From the IMG/VR virus record IMGVR_UViG_3300016667_000726, positions 18,083 to 82,082 of that record: a stretch of 64,000 nucleotides of DNA; one strand, written 5' to 3'. Below the pieces are notes generated by a model that searched no databases, was not told the origin of the DNA, and worked only from the letters and a program-made list of their open reading frames with translations. The position numbers were made by a program, and so were the translations under genes. This DNA is from a virus. Shown in pieces: positions 1 to 10,086 of the stretch (position 1 is the stretch's first letter; each line of letters begins with the position of its first letter).

Positions 1-2
1 GG

Positions 3-1337
3 TTTACGACAAACTTCATGTTGCAGGCGGTGTCGGTCTCCCGCAATGAAAAGTTCCAGGAGATCGAGACCTTTGGGCCTACCTACGGGTTCTTCTTTGG
101 TGAGCGCCCCATCATGATTACGGCGCAGGCCGTACTGCTCTCGACTCCTGACTTCCCATGGGTTGAGGAGTGGTGGTGGAACTATGCGCACGGACTCTCA
201 GGTACAAAACTCACTGAGGCCAATAGTAGAGTGTACCTTGAGTACAACGACATGATCCTTGAGGGCTACATCCTAAATTGCCAACTCGGAGAAACTGCGG
301 ATAACCCCAACAGCGTCAGCCTTACATTTACGATGTGGGTCACCCAAATCGACTACAAGATCGATATTGGGGCGACTACTCCCCAGGAGTCAGGGCTCAA
401 TACCGCAACCTTCTATGCGAGCCCTGACGTTCAAAGCTACGACACTGCGGGAGCTCCGGTCTCCACAAGTAACTCGCTCCGAGCCCTCAATATTGGGAGG
501 TTGCTCGGCATAGGTGGGGAGATGCAGGGCAGAACCGGCTTGGCAGCCATGAGATACCTAGCCGGAGAGGCCAGGACCTTCGTAGGAACTCTTGGAGGTC
601 TCACCGAGCTAGCCAGTGTGTTCCTGCTTGGTCGACAAGTCGTATTACCTGCCGGATACCTAGGGGCTGAGCTCTACTCTGGAGCAGCGGAGTTTGCTTC
701 AGGTACCCTTACAAACACACAGCTCATTGCGCTTCAGGGGGCGGGGGTCTCTCCTACCCAGGTACGGCTTCCTCCAGAGTTTACGGGCAATGATCAGAAC
801 TCGGATAGTAGGTCCAACCAACCATTTTCGAAGAATACCGATGAGTACCCGTTTGGACTTGCAGGGGGCTCAACTCAACCTCTAGCCCCTCTAGCGGCGG
901 GTGACATTACGGCTGCTACTCGGAGAGCATTCTCCATCAGTGGGGCTGGTGGCGTAGGAGTTGTTACTCAGGGATTTGCAGTACCCATTCCCGCGAAAGA
1001 AGTACAACAAGAGGTTGACCTCTACGCCCAGGAGCAGTTCAAGAAGGCGGGGCTAACTAAGCTCTACCCCACTATTAGCAACTTTGATGGAGGATCATTC
1101 CCCGACTGGGCTGTGGCGTTGGGGCGCGTAGCGTATGGCGGGGTCCTACTTGCTGGGTCTGAGTTGACATCGGCTACCTACGGGATCACTCCCTATGACA
1201 GCTCCTCCTCACTACCGAACTCCGAGGGACCAAGTACAGTCAACCTCCAGCGTGAGGCTGTGCCCCCTCTTCAGCTAAATCCAACGGTCACTGGGGATCT
1301 TTTCCCGCCCACCGTTGTTGCCGCATCAGCCGGGTGA
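3..1337 (+). CDS. Putative tail/baseplate-associated structural protein (5' truncated by window edge)
   Basis: Frame is open from position 3 (FTTNF-MLQAVSVSRNEKFQEIETFG...), so ATG 18 is probably internal. First gene of a coupled baseplate operon; function inferred from context only. Confidence 0.45.
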   Translation, partial: FTTNFMLQAVSVSRNEKFQEIETFGPTYGFFFGERPIMITAQAVLLSTPDFPWVEEWWWNYAHGLSGTKLTEANSRVYLEYNDMILEGYILNCQLGETADNPNSVSLTFTMWVTQIDYKIDIGATTPQESGLNTATFYASPDVQSYDTAGAPVSTSNSLRALNIGRLLGIGGEMQGRTGLAAMRYLAGEARTFVGTLGGLTELASVFLLGRQVVLPAGYLGAELYSGAAEFASGTLTNTQLIALQGAGVSPTQVRLPPEFTGNDQNSDSRSNQPFSKNTDEYPFGLAGGSTQPLAPLAAGDITAATRRAFSISGAGGVGVVTQGFAVPIPAKEVQQEVDLYAQEQFKKAGLTKLYPTISNFDGGSFPDWAVALGRVAYGGVLLAGSELTSATYGITPYDSSSSLPNSEGPSTVNLQREAVPPLQLNPTVTGDLFPPTVVAASAG

Positions 1338-1343
1338 TCGTCA

Positions 1344-4300
1344 ATGGGAACCGGAGCCAACGTAGAGCGTCTTCATATTCGGCTGTTCCTAGAGGGCGTC
1401 GAGATCCCAGTCATTGCAGCAACCGTCAACTGCTCAATGAACTCCCCCGTGTCTGCGCAGTTTGAGATCGTGCCCACAGATGCCGCCCTCAGGTTTAAGC
1501 CCCGTACGACTGTCCATGCGTTCTTCTTGGATACGTCTGACCCGAAGTACATTGCGGATGAGGATACCGGGCTACTCCCCGTAGGGCCTGATATCTACAA
1601 GCTCCTGTTTTGCGGAGAGGTGTTCGATATCGTATTTTCCAAGAGCGGAGCCGGGTCTCGCAGCATCGTGCTGAACTGCCTGGACTTCTCCTCCCTCTGG
1701 GACACCACGTACATCTACCTCCTGAGATTCGCTACTGGAGTCGGTGACTCTAGTGGGGGCCGGAATGTCGTAAGCGGATCCCAGGCGGTGTTCCTAGGGT
1801 CTCCGGAACTCCTTGACGACACCGGCCTAAACTCCCCGCAGCAGCTCATTGCCAGACTAGCTTCTCAACGCAAGTTTGCGTCCAACCCCGCATTCAACGG
1901 AGTCACCGACAATATTGGTGGCTTGTTGGCGGTCCTTGAGTTGATCGGTGGGATTCCTGGGGCCACGCTAGGGCTCTACGATTGGCAGACCGTCCAGGAG
2001 AGGCGAGTCCGCCTGATGGATCAGATTGGGACGGACTCCGGGCGCACCGCCGCCAAGATCTTTGATCAGACAATCCTAGAGGAATGGCTCGTCAATAGCC
2101 TAGGGCAGTCCGGAGAGTACATCTCGTTCCGGGAGATCATTGAGCAGATTATGGCGTACATCTACTACGGAGTAGCGCCGCAGGCAGTCGCTATCTACCG
2201 GAACGGTACTAGGGCTGTACCTCAGTATCTAGTTCCAACTCCACCCCCTCCTACAACCGGAGCATCGGCGAATCGTCAGCTGGTCAATGTAGACCCAGAC
2301 ATGATTACGGCCTACTACGAATTAGAACGGATCATGCGGGAGACGTACGGGTGGGGCGCCGGGACTAAACCCCCGATGGAGATCACCTCCGCCAACGGGG
2401 GTACCCACGCACCAAATTCGTTTCACTACTATGGGCTAGCATTAGATGTACGACCAGTAGGATTTGCACTAGGAGGCTTCTCGTTCATGAACGGCTCTAT
2501 CCGCGGCCCCACGGGGAGCCTAGCCACTTACCTAAAGAACCCTCAGGCGCACACTGGATGGAACTTCGCTAGAAACCTAGCACGAGAGAACAATATCAAG
2601 ACCAGAGAAGAGTTGGAACGTCAACTAGACGCGTATGGGATGAAGGATAAGTTCCTCACCACAGTCAACTTCTTCGTGGATCTAGGTAAGGCGGTCAAGG
2701 ACTTTAACGGACGTAACATCCCAGCCACGTCTTCTCGAGCAAAGATGCCCTACATTCAGATGAAGTGGGGAAACGCTTTTAAGTCTCAGTCCGTAGACCC
2801 CGCATTGTCCCTCTATGGGTTGAATGCGGACATTGTACATATTGAACTTAGTCCCTCACATAATAGGGAGGCGGGGGTTAACGCTAGCGCATCCCCTCCC
2901 CAAAATGGGGCGGAAAGCACAAGCGGCACAGAGAACGCGCTCTCACCTGCTGAGAGCGTCGCCTACGCGGTGCCTTCGTCAAATTCAAAAGTGGCGAAGT
3001 TGCCTCGCCAGAGGATGTACACGCAGATTTTCCGGCCAGATTGTTGGTTCGTCGCGCCGCCGATGTGTAATGTCATCTTCCCGGAAGAGTACACATCCTT
3101 CTCCTTCCGTCGTCAGATGATGAGAGAAATCACGCGCCTAGAGCTAGATACGTTCAACCTCATGCTCAATGACGCGCTCCTGCGCACAGTCTACTTCGCG
3201 CCCAGGATCAAGGGGTTTGATAGCCTTACGTCATCAGGGAACACCGCAAACAAGCGTCTAGTGTACCTCCACGAGAGGTTCTCTGGCGTGATCCCGAAGA
3301 CGGAGCAGATGCCCGATCTTCCCTTCTACGCGAAGAAGGAGATTGTTGAGCAGGTGAGCGGGTTCTCATCCACGACGGACATTACTCGCGCCGCAGTCGA
3401 TGTGAACGCAACACCTGAGGCATATACCGGAGAGGCAACAAACCTAATCGAGAGGTTTGCGTCTCGCGCCGTTACGTTCCACTTCTTGTCCTACCGCTAC
3501 GCGGCAAGATCCATGTCAGTGAGTGGCCGGTTTATGCCGAGGCTAGTGCTAGGCTTCCCTGGAGCGGTTGTTGATAGGCCGTCGACAGCGGAAGAGCTCC
3601 GACCCATTCACCATCTCGGCATGGTCACTAGTGTCCAGCACAGCATTAACCAGTCAGGCGGGTTTACCTTCGTCTCGTTCAGCCACGCGCGTTCGCACCG
3701 AACTAAGAGGAACGAGATTGATGACCTATTTGCCGAGTACGCTGGAGGTACGGTCTTTGATGTACAAGACCAGGTCACGTCTGGGTCCTTCGACACTGCC
3801 TATACAGGCGGACAGCCGTTGCCCTCCGGCGGATATGAGACTTGGCAGATCAAGCTAGACTCCTGGATTCGGAATCAGATCAAAGTTGTGCGTAAGAAGA
3901 ATGAGCAGATTGAAGCCCGCAACGCGATCAACGAGGCGCAGAGACTAGCAGCCGGAGGAAATCCACCGGCTCCGCCCCCGACATACCCTACATCTGTTCC
4001 CGGTGCGGAGGTCCCTGATCTAACGGAGAGCCCCATCCCTGAGCCGACGTCTTGGTCTGAGGCACAACTGAGAGGTACTGGCCTCGTCGGCCCAAATGGG
4101 AAGAGGTTGGTTAGAGTCGCAATCCAGGGTGCGGCGCCGGTAGAGACGATCATTGAACCGCAAGTTGATGCGAACGGCAATCCGTTCTACGACGCCGCCG
4201 GCGAGATCATCTACACTGAGCGCCCCGGCACTCCAGACCCCTCTAGGCCCTTCTCAAGGGTCTCATTTGATGAGGCTACGAAAGAGGAGGCCCCACTTGA

Positions 4301-4826
4301 GGACTCAATCCGCCCTCCCTGGTTTGACGATGAGTACTCCAACGACAACATCGACGAACTCTACAAGAAGCTCCTAGGCTGTACCTCGATCCTCAAGAAG
4401 GGAAAGAACGGGGTGGAGGCTGCACTGGATAGCCTCGTTAGCCAGTACAGCGCAGTCACCAAATCCGAAGGCCGGGCGCTTACGTCGGTCATCGACATGA
4501 TGACTCGAAGAGATATGGCTTCCCTTCGTCAGGTCCTGTTGACCCCCGGCAATAGGAAGGACCCGGCCAACAGCCCTGAAGCGTTCCACTACTACACAGT
4601 GGGGGACTGGAAGAACTTTGATGGGCTGCTACTTAGGAACGTGAAGGATGAGTTTGGCAACAAGGTGAAGATGAGGACCTCACTGCTGGGTACCCCAACC
4701 TCTGGACAGGAGAGGGACATCTTCAGCACGCCAGATATAGACTACCTGGATGTACGCATCGACCGCAGGCTGCCTGTCCTCACCTATATGAATGAGCTGT
4801 TCTCCAAGAGAGGCCTGAGAGGTTAA
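1344..4826 (+). CDS. Baseplate hub-like (gp27/gpD-type) protein with inserted peptidase M15 domain
   Basis: 1160 aa. Beta-rich hub-like N-terminus (IRLFLEGVEIPVIAATVN) and a later hub-like segment (SMSVSGRFMPRLVLGFPGAVVD...LGMVTSVQHSI). Insert with SFHYYGLALD (H-x6-D) and VHIE matches M15 zinc ligands, bounded by Pro-rich linkers. Confidence 0.6.
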   Translation: MGTGANVERLHIRLFLEGVEIPVIAATVNCSMNSPVSAQFEIVPTDAALRFKPRTTVHAFFLDTSDPKYIADEDTGLLPVGPDIYKLLFCGEVFDIVFSKSGAGSRSIVLNCLDFSSLWDTTYIYLLRFATGVGDSSGGRNVVSGSQAVFLGSPELLDDTGLNSPQQLIARLASQRKFASNPAFNGVTDNIGGLLAVLELIGGIPGATLGLYDWQTVQERRVRLMDQIGTDSGRTAAKIFDQTILEEWLVNSLGQSGEYISFREIIEQIMAYIYYGVAPQAVAIYRNGTRAVPQYLVPTPPPPTTGASANRQLVNVDPDMITAYYELERIMRETYGWGAGTKPPMEITSANGGTHAPNSFHYYGLALDVRPVGFALGGFSFMNGSIRGPTGSLATYLKNPQAHTGWNFARNLARENNIKTREELERQLDAYGMKDKFLTTVNFFVDLGKAVKDFNGRNIPATSSRAKMPYIQMKWGNAFKSQSVDPALSLYGLNADIVHIELSPSHNREAGVNASASPPQNGAESTSGTENALSPAESVAYAVPSSNSKVAKLPRQRMYTQIFRPDCWFVAPPMCNVIFPEEYTSFSFRRQMMREITRLELDTFNLMLNDALLRTVYFAPRIKGFDSLTSSGNTANKRLVYLHERFSGVIPKTEQMPDLPFYAKKEIVEQVSGFSSTTDITRAAVDVNATPEAYTGEATNLIERFASRAVTFHFLSYRYAARSMSVSGRFMPRLVLGFPGAVVDRPSTAEELRPIHHLGMVTSVQHSINQSGGFTFVSFSHARSHRTKRNEIDDLFAEYAGGTVFDVQDQVTSGSFDTAYTGGQPLPSGGYETWQIKLDSWIRNQIKVVRKKNEQIEARNAINEAQRLAAGGNPPAPPPTYPTSVPGAEVPDLTESPIPEPTSWSEAQLRGTGLVGPNGKRLVRVAIQGAAPVETIIEPQVDANGNPFYDAAGEIIYTERPGTPDPSRPFSRVSFDEATKEEAPLEDSIRPPWFDDEYSNDNIDELYKKLLGCTSILKKGKNGVEAALDSLVSQYSAVTKSEGRALTSVIDMMTRRDMASLRQVLLTPGNRKDPANSPEAFHYYTVGDWKNFDGLLLRNVKDEFGNKVKMRTSLLGTPTSGQERDIFSTPDIDYLDVRIDRRLPVLTYMNELFSKRGLRG

Positions 4827-4847
4827 GCTCCAACCATCGGAGGATTC

Positions 4848-5090
4848 ATGTTCAGAGGTAGAGACCCTGTGGCTCTGTTTAGCTTGGCGGCAGAGCAGGA
4901 CAACATCAACGGCACCAATGGACTCCTAGACGGGGTCCTGGCTCGCAAGGCAGAGATGGCTCGGCGCACTGAGGAGCAGATCAAGACGCTGCTTGTCAGC
5001 CCGTCAACTGGCCGCGTTCGCAACCTTGGCCCTACGGCCGAGGAAGCGTCGTCGATGCTATCGACCCTTCGGAGCAGCGGAGTCGTCTGA
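4848..5090 (+). CDS. Hypothetical protein (80 aa, helical)
   Basis: GGAGG Shine-Dalgarno just upstream of ATG; fills the gap between the hub gene and the sigma gene. Confidence 0.6.
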   Translation: MFRGRDPVALFSLAAEQDNINGTNGLLDGVLARKAEMARRTEEQIKTLLVSPSTGRVRNLGPTAEEASSMLSTLRSSGVV

Positions 5091-5091
5091 C

Positions 5092-6036
5092 ATGGGAACG
5101 GGGCTACTGCGAGACTTCCTCAGCCTTCAGAAGGAGGCAGCGCGGAAGAAGAAATCAGTGCTCCCGGAAATCCCGGGAGTCATCGCCCCTATGGCTATTC
5201 CCCCAATGGCTATGCCCTCGGTCCCTACTCCGCCCTCCCCACCCGCCACCTTTAGTTTCCCAGAGGCATGGAAGATCCCCACGGATCCTCGACGCCAGCA
5301 AGAACTTCATATGTGGAAGGAGTGGAAGGAGTCTGGCGAGCACCCTGACAAGCTCCAGCCGCTGCTTACGTCGCTACAGCCTCTGATCTCGAAGCAAGTG
5401 CGCGTCTTTGCTCGTACGCCTATTCCGGTTCCGGTAATTGAGGCTGAGGCGACTAAGCACACAATCGAGGCGCTCCGGAAGTATGACCCAGTTCCCAAGG
5501 CGGGTAAGCAGGGAACTCAGATTCATAGCTGGGTGACCGGTCAGCTCAAGGGGATGAACCGGTACATCTACTCGAACCAGAACTTCCGAAGGATTACCGA
5601 GGAGAGGTCGCAGCTCGTTGGCGACTACCAGCGCGCGTCCGCACACCTGAACGAGGAGTTGGGCCGTGCACCAACCTACACGGAGATCTCGGACTATATG
5701 AACGAGATGCCGGAGAGGGTTGACCGCTCGCGAGGGATCACCTCAAAGCAGATCAAGCTCCTAAGTCAGGAGCTGACTCCCGATCTGCTAGCCTCCGCAG
5801 AGATGGCTGATCCGTTTGTGCAGGAGACCCCACAAGAGCGAGAGCTAATGAAGCTCATCGTCTACGATCTTTCGCCAGATGAGCTCAGGGTGTTCGAGTA
5901 CATCCGAGGCATCAATGGCAAGACGAAGATCTCCAGCACAGGGCAGATTGCTAAGCTCTTGGGGTGGAGCGCGTCTAAGGTCTCGCAGGTCAAGAACAAG
6001 ATCGCCAAGAAGCTAGACGGGTACCTAAAGACATGA
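5092..6036 (+). CDS. Sigma-70-family RNA polymerase sigma factor (divergent) with Pro-rich N-terminal extension
   Basis: Region 2-like (LQPLISKQVRVF...EALRKYDP), region 3 (LNEELGRAPTYTEISDYM) and region 4 HTH (LSPDELRVFEYIRG...GQIAKLLGWSASKVSQVKNKI). ATG 5092 directly after the upstream stop is preferred to the TTG at 4993. Confidence 0.8.
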   Translation: MGTGLLRDFLSLQKEAARKKKSVLPEIPGVIAPMAIPPMAMPSVPTPPSPPATFSFPEAWKIPTDPRRQQELHMWKEWKESGEHPDKLQPLLTSLQPLISKQVRVFARTPIPVPVIEAEATKHTIEALRKYDPVPKAGKQGTQIHSWVTGQLKGMNRYIYSNQNFRRITEERSQLVGDYQRASAHLNEELGRAPTYTEISDYMNEMPERVDRSRGITSKQIKLLSQELTPDLLASAEMADPFVQETPQERELMKLIVYDLSPDELRVFEYIRGINGKTKISSTGQIAKLLGWSASKVSQVKNKIAKKLDGYLKT

Positions 6037-6266
6037 GTAGCGTACTCTCCGGCGAAGAGCTCAAGCTCCAACTTGACGAGCTCAAGAGGGAGCTAGATTC
6101 TGCCATCTCTGCCGCTGAGGAGGAGGTGCAGAAGAAGCTGGATCGTCTCCGAGCAATCCAAGATGCACTAGGGCAGTCAGACCTAGACTCTGCGGCAGAT
6201 GACAAGACCCTACAGTGGTACGATCTCTTTGATCAGTACTTCTTCCCGAAAGACCTGGAGGTCTGA
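6033..6266 (+). CDS. Hypothetical coiled-coil protein (77 aa)
   Basis: ATGA overlap with the sigma stop; heptad-like helix. Confidence 0.6.
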   Translation: MSSVLSGEELKLQLDELKRELDSAISAAEEEVQKKLDRLRAIQDALGQSDLDSAADDKTLQWYDLFDQYFFPKDLEV

Positions 6267-6619
6267 TGCCCCTGTCACCATCAAGCCTCTGCACGGTCAC
6301 CGCCCACTTCGTTAAGGCGGACGGCTCGGATATGCAGGGGGTGCTCGTGAGGTTCACCCCACTGACCGCCACTGAGCGTCCTCAAGGGTCCTCCTTTGTT
6401 GCCGCGGACGTAACTGCCGAGAGTGACGAAGATGGGCTTCTCTCGATCACGCTAATCCGCGGGATGAAGGGGTATCTAGCCGTGACTGGCATCCCTCTAT
6501 TCCGTGAAGTCACCGTGCCGAATACCCCAACGGCCAACCTGTTTGACCTCGTAGCCGACGCCCCGGATCCGCTTGAGCCGACGACGGTGACGGTCATCGA
6601 CCTGCCTCGGAGGTCCTGA
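6266..6619 (+). CDS. Small beta-sandwich virion protein (transthyretin/carboxypeptidase-regulatory-like)
   Basis: TGATG coupling; similar to the second domain of the next ORF (LCTVTAHFV..DG..GVLVRF vs LCRISGVVV.PAG..GVSMRF). Confidence 0.45.
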   Translation: MPLSPSSLCTVTAHFVKADGSDMQGVLVRFTPLTATERPQGSSFVAADVTAESDEDGLLSITLIRGMKGYLAVTGIPLFREVTVPNTPTANLFDLVADAPDPLEPTTVTVIDLPRRS

Positions 6620-7548
6620 TGACTCCCGTTACAATCTTCATCTTCGTGAATCCTGGCCTACAGACTCCGCTTGAGGACGTGATTATCCGCGTCTATTCCC
6701 AGGACGGTTCTACGTTCATCACCGAAGTGCAGACGGATGCTACCGGCGAGGTCACCTTCCTGCTGCCAGACATGACGACCTACTGGGTTCGGTTCTTCAA
6801 GCCGGGATACCGCTTCCCTACGCGGGCTCAGATTGAGGTGAACTCAAGCCTGCCCAACAACACATTCGACATTGAGGCGATCAACCTCACAGAGTCGGCA
6901 TCATCTCCATATGCCGGACTCTGCCGCATCAGCGGAGTCGTAGTTGATCCGGCCGGCACTCCTGCGGGTGGCGTGTCTATGCGATTTGAGATGACGCAGG
7001 ATGGCAACCCGCGCGTCTATCACGACCGCCCGATCATCCCGCAGACAGTCTTCGTACGCTCCTTGGACGATGGATACGTAGAGTTTGATCTCATCCAGGG
7101 CGGGCTCTATGAGGTGACCTACGAGGGAATCGTAGGCTATTCCTACAACGGGTTCACTAGTGAGGTCAGAGTCCCGGAGACCCAGGCCCTTGGTCTAGCG
7201 GACCTGATCTGGCCGTATGTCCTGTCCGCCACCTTCACGCCGAGTACGTTGGCCCTTACTGCCGGAGATCAGGCAGTTGTGGAGTTCAACGTAGTGCTAT
7301 CCAACCTCGTTCCGTTCCCAGTCTCGCTGGTAGAGTCCTCAGTAGACCTATTTAGCTTTGTTCGGGTTTCCGGAGATGATGGGGGCTCGTCTATTCGGTG
7401 GGACGGAACGAATCGTGAGTACGTCGTTACGGCTGGAGCCTCCGGCTCTACAACCGTCTTCTCCGTGACACTAGTGCCCGGCGCGGCAGCAGAGAGAGCC
7501 CCGGTACCAACCTCGACCCTCGGGACCCTTACGGTTACCGTCGCCTAG
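6619..7548 (+). CDS. Multi-beta-sandwich virion protein
   Basis: 309 aa; prealbumin-like segments (PLEDVIIRVY...QTDATGEVTF.L....Y) and an Ig-like tail; TGATG coupling. Confidence 0.45.
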   Translation: MTPVTIFIFVNPGLQTPLEDVIIRVYSQDGSTFITEVQTDATGEVTFLLPDMTTYWVRFFKPGYRFPTRAQIEVNSSLPNNTFDIEAINLTESASSPYAGLCRISGVVVDPAGTPAGGVSMRFEMTQDGNPRVYHDRPIIPQTVFVRSLDDGYVEFDLIQGGLYEVTYEGIVGYSYNGFTSEVRVPETQALGLADLIWPYVLSATFTPSTLALTAGDQAVVEFNVVLSNLVPFPVSLVESSVDLFSFVRVSGDDGGSSIRWDGTNREYVVTAGASGSTTVFSVTLVPGAAAERAPVPTSTLGTLTVTVA

Positions 7549-7559
7549 GAGGACGGCTG

Positions 7560-9098
7560 ATGGGCCTCTCTACGGCACTCAAGACGGCAGCAGTTGCAAG
7601 GATGGCACGGGGGCAGGCGCCCCTGGTGCGCTCCTCAAACTCGTTCATTGATCGAGAGCGGCGCTGGAAGGATGTCCAAGCGTTGATTGCGCGAGCCGTA
7701 GTCTCGGACCCGGACATCGTGTTCTACTTCAAGGCAATGGCGCTGAACAACACGCTCAAGCGACTACAGAAGGTCAAGTCCTTGGCAGAGGAGGCCTTAG
7801 TCACCCTGCCCGGAACCCTGATGCCGCAGCGGCCCCTCAACACTGAGCAATTGGCCCTTCTCGCATCCTCAGGCAGAGAGGCTCAATTGTCGGTTGAGGG
7901 CGGCCAAGATCCTATTGACCACCCGTGGTTCGGAAGTCAGACGTGGGACCGGGCTCTGGCCGGGATGGGCGCATCCTTGAACGCTGGAGGTATTTCCGGG
8001 CCGAGAGGCGAGGAGGCAGTGTCGAAGACCACGGCTGCCATCACAAACCTCGTTGCGGCTTGGACGGATTTTCAGGAGAGCTATCGGGCCACTACACTGA
8101 CTGGCTTGGGGGCTGAGTCCCTATTCCGAACGCTAGCTGTGCAGTCCTCGCTCTCGAAGACGCTCCAGACTCTTGAGATGGCTCCCCCTGACAATAGGCA
8201 GACGGAGTACATCAATCAGCTAGCGGCCGGGCTGTCCGCGGTGAAGACGATGTCCCGGGACTTCAGCTTTAGCCATAGGGTCCACATCCAAGGCGGAGAT
8301 CAGAGAGTTCCACAGGAATTTGAGGTCAGCCCGATAGTGCAGTCGGGCAACATCACTGGGTTCTCAGTCCGTGAGCGAAAGACCGGGCTAGGCGTGTCGC
8401 CTGCGCTGCTGAATATCAAGGTCCTCGATCAGGTCCTGATTAACCAAGGGTCGTTCCTAGGAGGCGCAAAGCAGGTAGCCTCCATCTCAGGCTCTCAGCT
8501 ACTGCTCAACTCACCGGTACCTGAGCAGGCCATTGTCAGCCTTGAGATTGTTCCCTTGGCGTACATCCAGCTCAATGAGCTGATCCTGCGCCTTACGGAT
8601 CAATTCTTCCTAGATCCAGTTGCGCAGCCCGGAGCGCGTAGGGTCAACTACCTTACTGAGTTCTCCAGCCTGGTTGGCCAGATCAATAGGCTCTCAGGGC
8701 AGCAATCTCAGGTCTCCCTACTAGCCCTATCGCTGTACAACCTGATCAACTCAATTGATGTTCCCTCAGCTAGAGCTGAGTCATCCCTTACGCGCCTAAG
8801 CCCGCTGACTCCGGCGAGCTATCCAGTTCGCCTCGCAACACTCTTCGCCGTAGGGAACCCTATCTCCTCTCTGCTTGCGTCCCGTCAGATTGATCTTGTG
8901 AAGCGCGCCCGGCTAATCCTCCGCACACTGAAGTCCGAGGGATGGCTTCGGGCGCACAGAGAGCTAGCTGAGTATGGGTCACTAGCGTCGGTAGTGTCTA
9001 TGAGCCTACAGATGGCCACGTTTGATGGAGTCATCGCTGAGCTCAACAGCGATATTCGTTCAAGCGCGGAAGTCTTCAACGCTGGAGTTAGGGCATGA
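7560..9098 (+). CDS. Hypothetical structural protein (512 aa)
   Basis: GGAGG SD upstream; long ORF within the baseplate operon; no recognised motif. Confidence 0.55.
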   Translation: MGLSTALKTAAVARMARGQAPLVRSSNSFIDRERRWKDVQALIARAVVSDPDIVFYFKAMALNNTLKRLQKVKSLAEEALVTLPGTLMPQRPLNTEQLALLASSGREAQLSVEGGQDPIDHPWFGSQTWDRALAGMGASLNAGGISGPRGEEAVSKTTAAITNLVAAWTDFQESYRATTLTGLGAESLFRTLAVQSSLSKTLQTLEMAPPDNRQTEYINQLAAGLSAVKTMSRDFSFSHRVHIQGGDQRVPQEFEVSPIVQSGNITGFSVRERKTGLGVSPALLNIKVLDQVLINQGSFLGGAKQVASISGSQLLLNSPVPEQAIVSLEIVPLAYIQLNELILRLTDQFFLDPVAQPGARRVNYLTEFSSLVGQINRLSGQQSQVSLLALSLYNLINSIDVPSARAESSLTRLSPLTPASYPVRLATLFAVGNPISSLLASRQIDLVKRARLILRTLKSEGWLRAHRELAEYGSLASVVSMSLQMATFDGVIAELNSDIRSSAEVFNAGVRA

Positions 9099-9427
9099 TC
9101 GCGTCTAGCGACGAAGCTTGGAGGGCAGGCGCTGAGAACCTAGCCAAGGCAGTAGTGTTCCTACAGTCTAGGCAGGTTCTTAGTGAGGCATCTGAGGTCT
9201 CGCTGGTGAGCGCGATCACCGCTGCGATTGAGAGGCTGGACAGCTCCCAAGGGGACGACGTAGCCGCCATGGGAGATGATCCTCCTCCTGCCTACATCGA
9301 TACCTCTCCAGAAGTTGGGCTTGGTGAGCTACAGAGGCTACAGAAACTCAGAGACGCTCTGCTGGGAGATGAGGGCCTTATTGAGGTCCTCAAGTCACTA
9401 GAGCCTCCTGTTGGCCAGCGAGAGTAG
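9095..9427 (+). CDS. Hypothetical protein (110 aa)
   Basis: ATGA overlap with the upstream stop. Confidence 0.55.
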   Translation: MIASSDEAWRAGAENLAKAVVFLQSRQVLSEASEVSLVSAITAAIERLDSSQGDDVAAMGDDPPPAYIDTSPEVGLGELQRLQKLRDALLGDEGLIEVLKSLEPPVGQRE

Positions 9428-9429
9428 CC

Positions 9430-10086
9430 ATGGACCTTCAGATCATCTCGTACAGGGACATTGCTCCCATCTCGAGGGTGGACTTTGTCCCTGGCTCTAT
9501 TGGGCTGGTCCTCGACATCACGGGAAGAGACTTCGTCAATGTTACCGACGTACTGGTTAACGGAGTCTCGTCTCCCGAGTTCATCGTGATGTCGCCAACT
9601 CGGATCACGGCGCAGATCCCGACGTCGCAGTTGACCCGCCAAATCCGTACGCTGAAGGTGCTGCTGACCTCAGTTAGCCAAACCGGAGCGGCTGTCCTCT
9701 CCTTTGAGGTGCGAGGAGGCAGGAGCGAGACGTCGGGCATCACCTACATTGTGCAGACGTTCCTTATGCTCCTGCTCTCAACCCCAGGATCGGACATCTT
9801 CAATCAGGACCTAGGGGCAGGACTCCTAGATCTGGTGCGTGGAGCAGTTCAGCGCGGAAGCTTCCGAGCCCAGGTATCTCAGGCAATTTCTAGGGCGCTA
9901 ACTCAGATGCTGGGTCTCCAGGCAGGGTCAAATCTCCCTGCGGAGGATAAGCTAGCGTCGGCTACGCTCCTTGAGGCCAGCTTCGATCCAAGATCCGCTT
10001 CGGTCTCAGTACGAATTCAGGTCTACTCTAGCGCAGGTCAGACAGCTGATGCCGGAGTGAGGCTCTCGACGGAGGCATCGCAATGA
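9430..10086 (+). CDS. gp25/gpW-like baseplate wedge protein with N-terminal IPT/TIG-like domain
   Basis: N-terminus (VLDITGRDFVNVTDVLVNG...IVMSPTRITAQIP) is IPT/TIG-like; C-terminus (FLMLLLSTPGSDIFNQDLGAGL) is gp25-like; lies immediately before the baseplate-J-like gene. Confidence 0.65.
   Translation: MDLQIISYRDIAPISRVDFVPGSIGLVLDITGRDFVNVTDVLVNGVSSPEFIVMSPTRITAQIPTSQLTRQIRTLKVLLTSVSQTGAAVLSFEVRGGRSETSGITYIVQTFLMLLLSTPGSDIFNQDLGAGLLDLVRGAVQRGSFRAQVSQAISRALTQMLGLQAGSNLPAEDKLASATLLEASFDPRSASVSVRIQVYSSAGQTADAGVRLSTEASQ

Noticed and set aside
4993-5091. Extended N-terminus of the sigma factor from TTG 4993
   Set aside because: It overlaps the upstream 80-aa gene by about 100 nt; ATG 5092 directly after its stop is more parsimonious.
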